From contig CAVYHV010000029.1 in assembly GCA_963768425.1 (NCBI GenBank), positions 34,013 through 98,012 on the forward strand: 64,000 nucleotides of DNA. Reading direction: 5' to 3'. This document shows, in pieces, positions 61,902-64,000 of this stretch (positions are counted from its first letter, which is position 1; each line of letters starts with the position of its first letter). This DNA comes from Candidatus Bathyarchaeota archaeon (GTDB lineage: Archaea; Thermoproteota; Bathyarchaeia; Bathyarchaeales; Bathycorpusculaceae). Made by a program: the position numbers and the translations under genes. A model generated the notes under the pieces. It made no database searches, was not told the origin of the DNA, and saw only the letters and a list, made by a program, of their open reading frames with translations.

Positions 61902-61976
61902 TTGGCGAAGGTTGATCAGTTGTTCTTTGTTTTCCGGGTTGCTTTGCTGGTTGTATTGCATGGCGTTTGCATGTCA

Positions 61977-62020
61977 CGTTTTCCTCGTTCTTTCCCGTTT
62001 AATCCCGTTCCATTCCGTGT
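61977..62020. repeat. Second ~10-bp-phased array (CCGTT)
   Basis: ttcctcgttc-tttcccgttt-aatcccgttc-cattccgtgt. Confidence 0.6.
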
Positions 62021-62098
62021 TTCCATTTTCTTTTTTGCGGCTGGTCATCTTTACTTAAGTGTTGTAATCCTTAAAGGAGCCCTTTGGGCTGCCTTTAT

Positions 62099-62638
62099 AA
62101 AAAACCTAGCAGAATACCTGCCGCGTTAGCGGCAGGATGAATGCGTCCAACCCGTAGTTCTATTAGCTCTATCAAAAGATAGGTCTGTCACCATAAGGTA
62201 AGGAGGTGATAGACCTGGAGAAAGCAAGATCATGTGCTTACCAAGCCAACTACCACCTTATCTGGGCCACCAAATACCGGCGCAAGGTACTTCTAGGCTC
62301 AGTTGAGGTTAGGTTGGAGGAAGTACTTAAAACGATTGCTACTGCACACGGCTTCCAACTGCTGGCTGCCAAAGTTCATCATGGCGATCATATTCATGTG
62401 TTTGTTTCTGCTCGGCCAAGGTTATGTATTCCTGAGATGGTGCGTGTTTTAAAGTGTAATTCTGCTAGACTGTTGTTTGAGGAGTTTCCTGAGATTAGGT
62501 TGCAGCTTTGGGGTGGGCATTTGTGGTCTGAGGGCTATGCTGTTAGAACTGCAGGCGTGGTTACTAGTGCGAAAATAGAGGAATATATCAACAAAAATTA
62601 GATGTGGATGCTCGCCTCGGAAGAGGCGAGTAGTTCAC
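62099..62638 (+). mobile_element. IS200/IS605-family insertion sequence, tnpA only
   Basis: TTTAT at 62094-98; left hairpin CCTGCCGC-gtta-GCGGCAGG (62117-36); right hairpin CTCGCCTC-ggaa-GAGGCGAG then TAGTTCAC. Confidence 0.85.
62206..62601 (+). CDS. tnpA: IS200/IS605 Y1 transposase
   Basis: YHLIWATKYRR, DHIH (HUH), LWSEGY, catalytic EEYI. Confidence 0.95.
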   Translation: MIDLEKARSCAYQANYHLIWATKYRRKVLLGSVEVRLEEVLKTIATAHGFQLLAAKVHHGDHIHVFVSARPRLCIPEMVRVLKCNSARLLFEEFPEIRLQLWGGHLWSEGYAVRTAGVVTSAKIEEYINKN

Positions 62639-63144
62639 TGCTTAAAGGTTAAAAGTTTGCGCATGAAACCGTTCAAATCCAAGTTTTAACCATTGTTAAA
62701 GGTGCAGAAACGATAAAACATTCATTTCCCGAAGAAATACGGATAGTTCGGTGTTTAAATTCCCCCTCTGAAAAGACAAGTTAATACTGACGAGAAAGCG
62801 TAGATGTTTCACCCAAGCGCAAAAAGAAGCGAAGTCAGCCAAAGTGGGGGCGGTATCTCACTTCAAGGGGGAGCTCCCGTCAAGCGGACCCTATTTTTTT
62901 GCAAGAACGCATCGATTTACTTGATACATGTAAAAATCAGAAAAAATGCTTCTGAACCAAGGAAATAAAAAAGAATATCTGTTTAGTCACTATAGAAAAA
63001 CCCGGCAAAAATCGACCATGATAACTTTGCTGTGTAGCGCATAGAGAAATGAGGTCTTTGCGTTAAAACGGGGTCGCAAAATCTATATGCACAGTTAGTT
63101 CTTTCGTCCTTGTTGCTTAGGGGATTTGTCAACTGAGCTACGAA

Positions 63145-64000
63145 TTGGGCTATTATAACGCTGAGGGCAAGGGAATTACTTCAGTTAGAACACTTAGTTC
63201 TGCTGAATTCCAAGCATACAATGAAGCAGCTAGCTGTCTTTTTAATTTCTCAAAAAACCAACAACTGTTTGCTATGACTCGTCTAAATTATGAAGAATTT
63301 ATTGTCACCATGAAAAGGTATGAACAAGAATACTCCAGCAACCCCAAAACGAGTTCTGTTGCCATTAATGGAATGATTTTAAACCTAAATAGGTGTTTGC
63401 TGAATTTCCTATCTTCCACTCGTTCCTTTTTAGACCATACCGATTGCAGACTTAAGCGTCAATACGGAACAGTGGATCCCACAAGAGTGAAGCGTTTTCT
63501 GGAAGCACGATCCAAGGAGTACGACAATAATTTTTGCTATAGGTTCTTTGAAAAGCTAAGAAACTACACTCAGCATTTTGGAATGCCAGTTGGAAAATTA
63601 GAGCTAGTTTCAGAAGGAGCGCCGGAAAACCCAAAGGTAGCCACAAACAAAATTGTGCTGAGGTTCAATCGAGCTGAGCTTCTTGAATTCAAAGAATGGA
63701 AAAAAATTACTGAGGAGATTGAAGCTCTGCCGGAAGAATTCGATATTTATCCCCACGTAGTTAGTGAAATGGGCTGCCTTGAACGAATAAATTCTATTCT
63801 AATTAATGATGAACTCAAGTCTTTACTGGAGAGTTCTGAGTATATTGTGCAGTTGACATCTCCAATTAGAGAAAAAGCTTTGAATCCAGCAATTTTCCGT
63901 ATAGCAACCATTGAGCAATCTACCAGAAAAAGAATATTACTTTACTCGATTCCCTTTCATATAATCCAAGAAGTCTATGATATTGTGTCCCGAAACTTAG
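63145..64000 (+). CDS. Putative HEPN-like protein, 3' truncated by window; not in ORF track
   Basis: Frame open 63121-64000; NFLSSTRSFLDH ... YRFFEKLRNYTQH (RxxxxH at 63559-63576). Confidence 0.65.
   Translation, partial: MGYYNAEGKGITSVRTLSSAEFQAYNEAASCLFNFSKNQQLFAMTRLNYEEFIVTMKRYEQEYSSNPKTSSVAINGMILNLNRCLLNFLSSTRSFLDHTDCRLKRQYGTVDPTRVKRFLEARSKEYDNNFCYRFFEKLRNYTQHFGMPVGKLELVSEGAPENPKVATNKIVLRFNRAELLEFKEWKKITEEIEALPEEFDIYPHVVSEMGCLERINSILINDELKSLLESSEYIVQLTSPIREKALNPAIFRIATIEQSTRKRILLYSIPFHIIQEVYDIVSRNL

Noticed and set aside
62840-62900. GC-rich hairpins as tRNA or att-site remnant
   Set aside because: No T-loop (TTCRA) or cloverleaf recognisable; no tRNA or rRNA found by eye anywhere in the window

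Overview
Archaeal DNA, most likely TACK group and probably Bathyarchaeia. This is inferred from eS30, GatDE, archaeal TyrRS, Elp3, Rio2, Lsm, TATA-box promoters and GGAGGTGA-type RBSs. Left end: 2-oxoacid:ferredoxin oxidoreductase beta (partial) and an nrdR-nrdD-nrdG anaerobic ribonucleotide reductase operon with an NrdR-box-like site. From ~5.6 to 37.5 kb lies a motility/sensing block: four tandem major type IV pilin/archaellin-like genes, minor pilins, an assembly ATPase and TadC/FlaJ-like platform, surface proteins, a TrmB regulator, a MoxR AAA+/VWA pair and a chemotaxis set (cheY, D, C, R, A, cheY-cheC fusion, W, B, soluble sensorless MCP). No recognisable FlaH, FlaF/G, FlaC/D/E, FlaX or CheF is present. 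Several genes in this block share a fixed-spacing upstream motif (ATTCNGAAT-N12-TTCATAA-N4-TATA). From 37.7 to 61.7 kb are housekeeping genes, two ABC-2 exporters, two GT-C glycosyltransferases and two wHTH-RDD paralogues. Right end: a tnpA-only IS200/IS605 element and an unlisted HEPN-motif ORF running off the window. A non-coding element with 10-bp-phased TTTGAC arrays occurs twice (~4.5 kb and ~61.8 kb). About ten single-base frameshifts, most in short base runs, suggest long-read assembly error. All calls are by eye, with no database searches.
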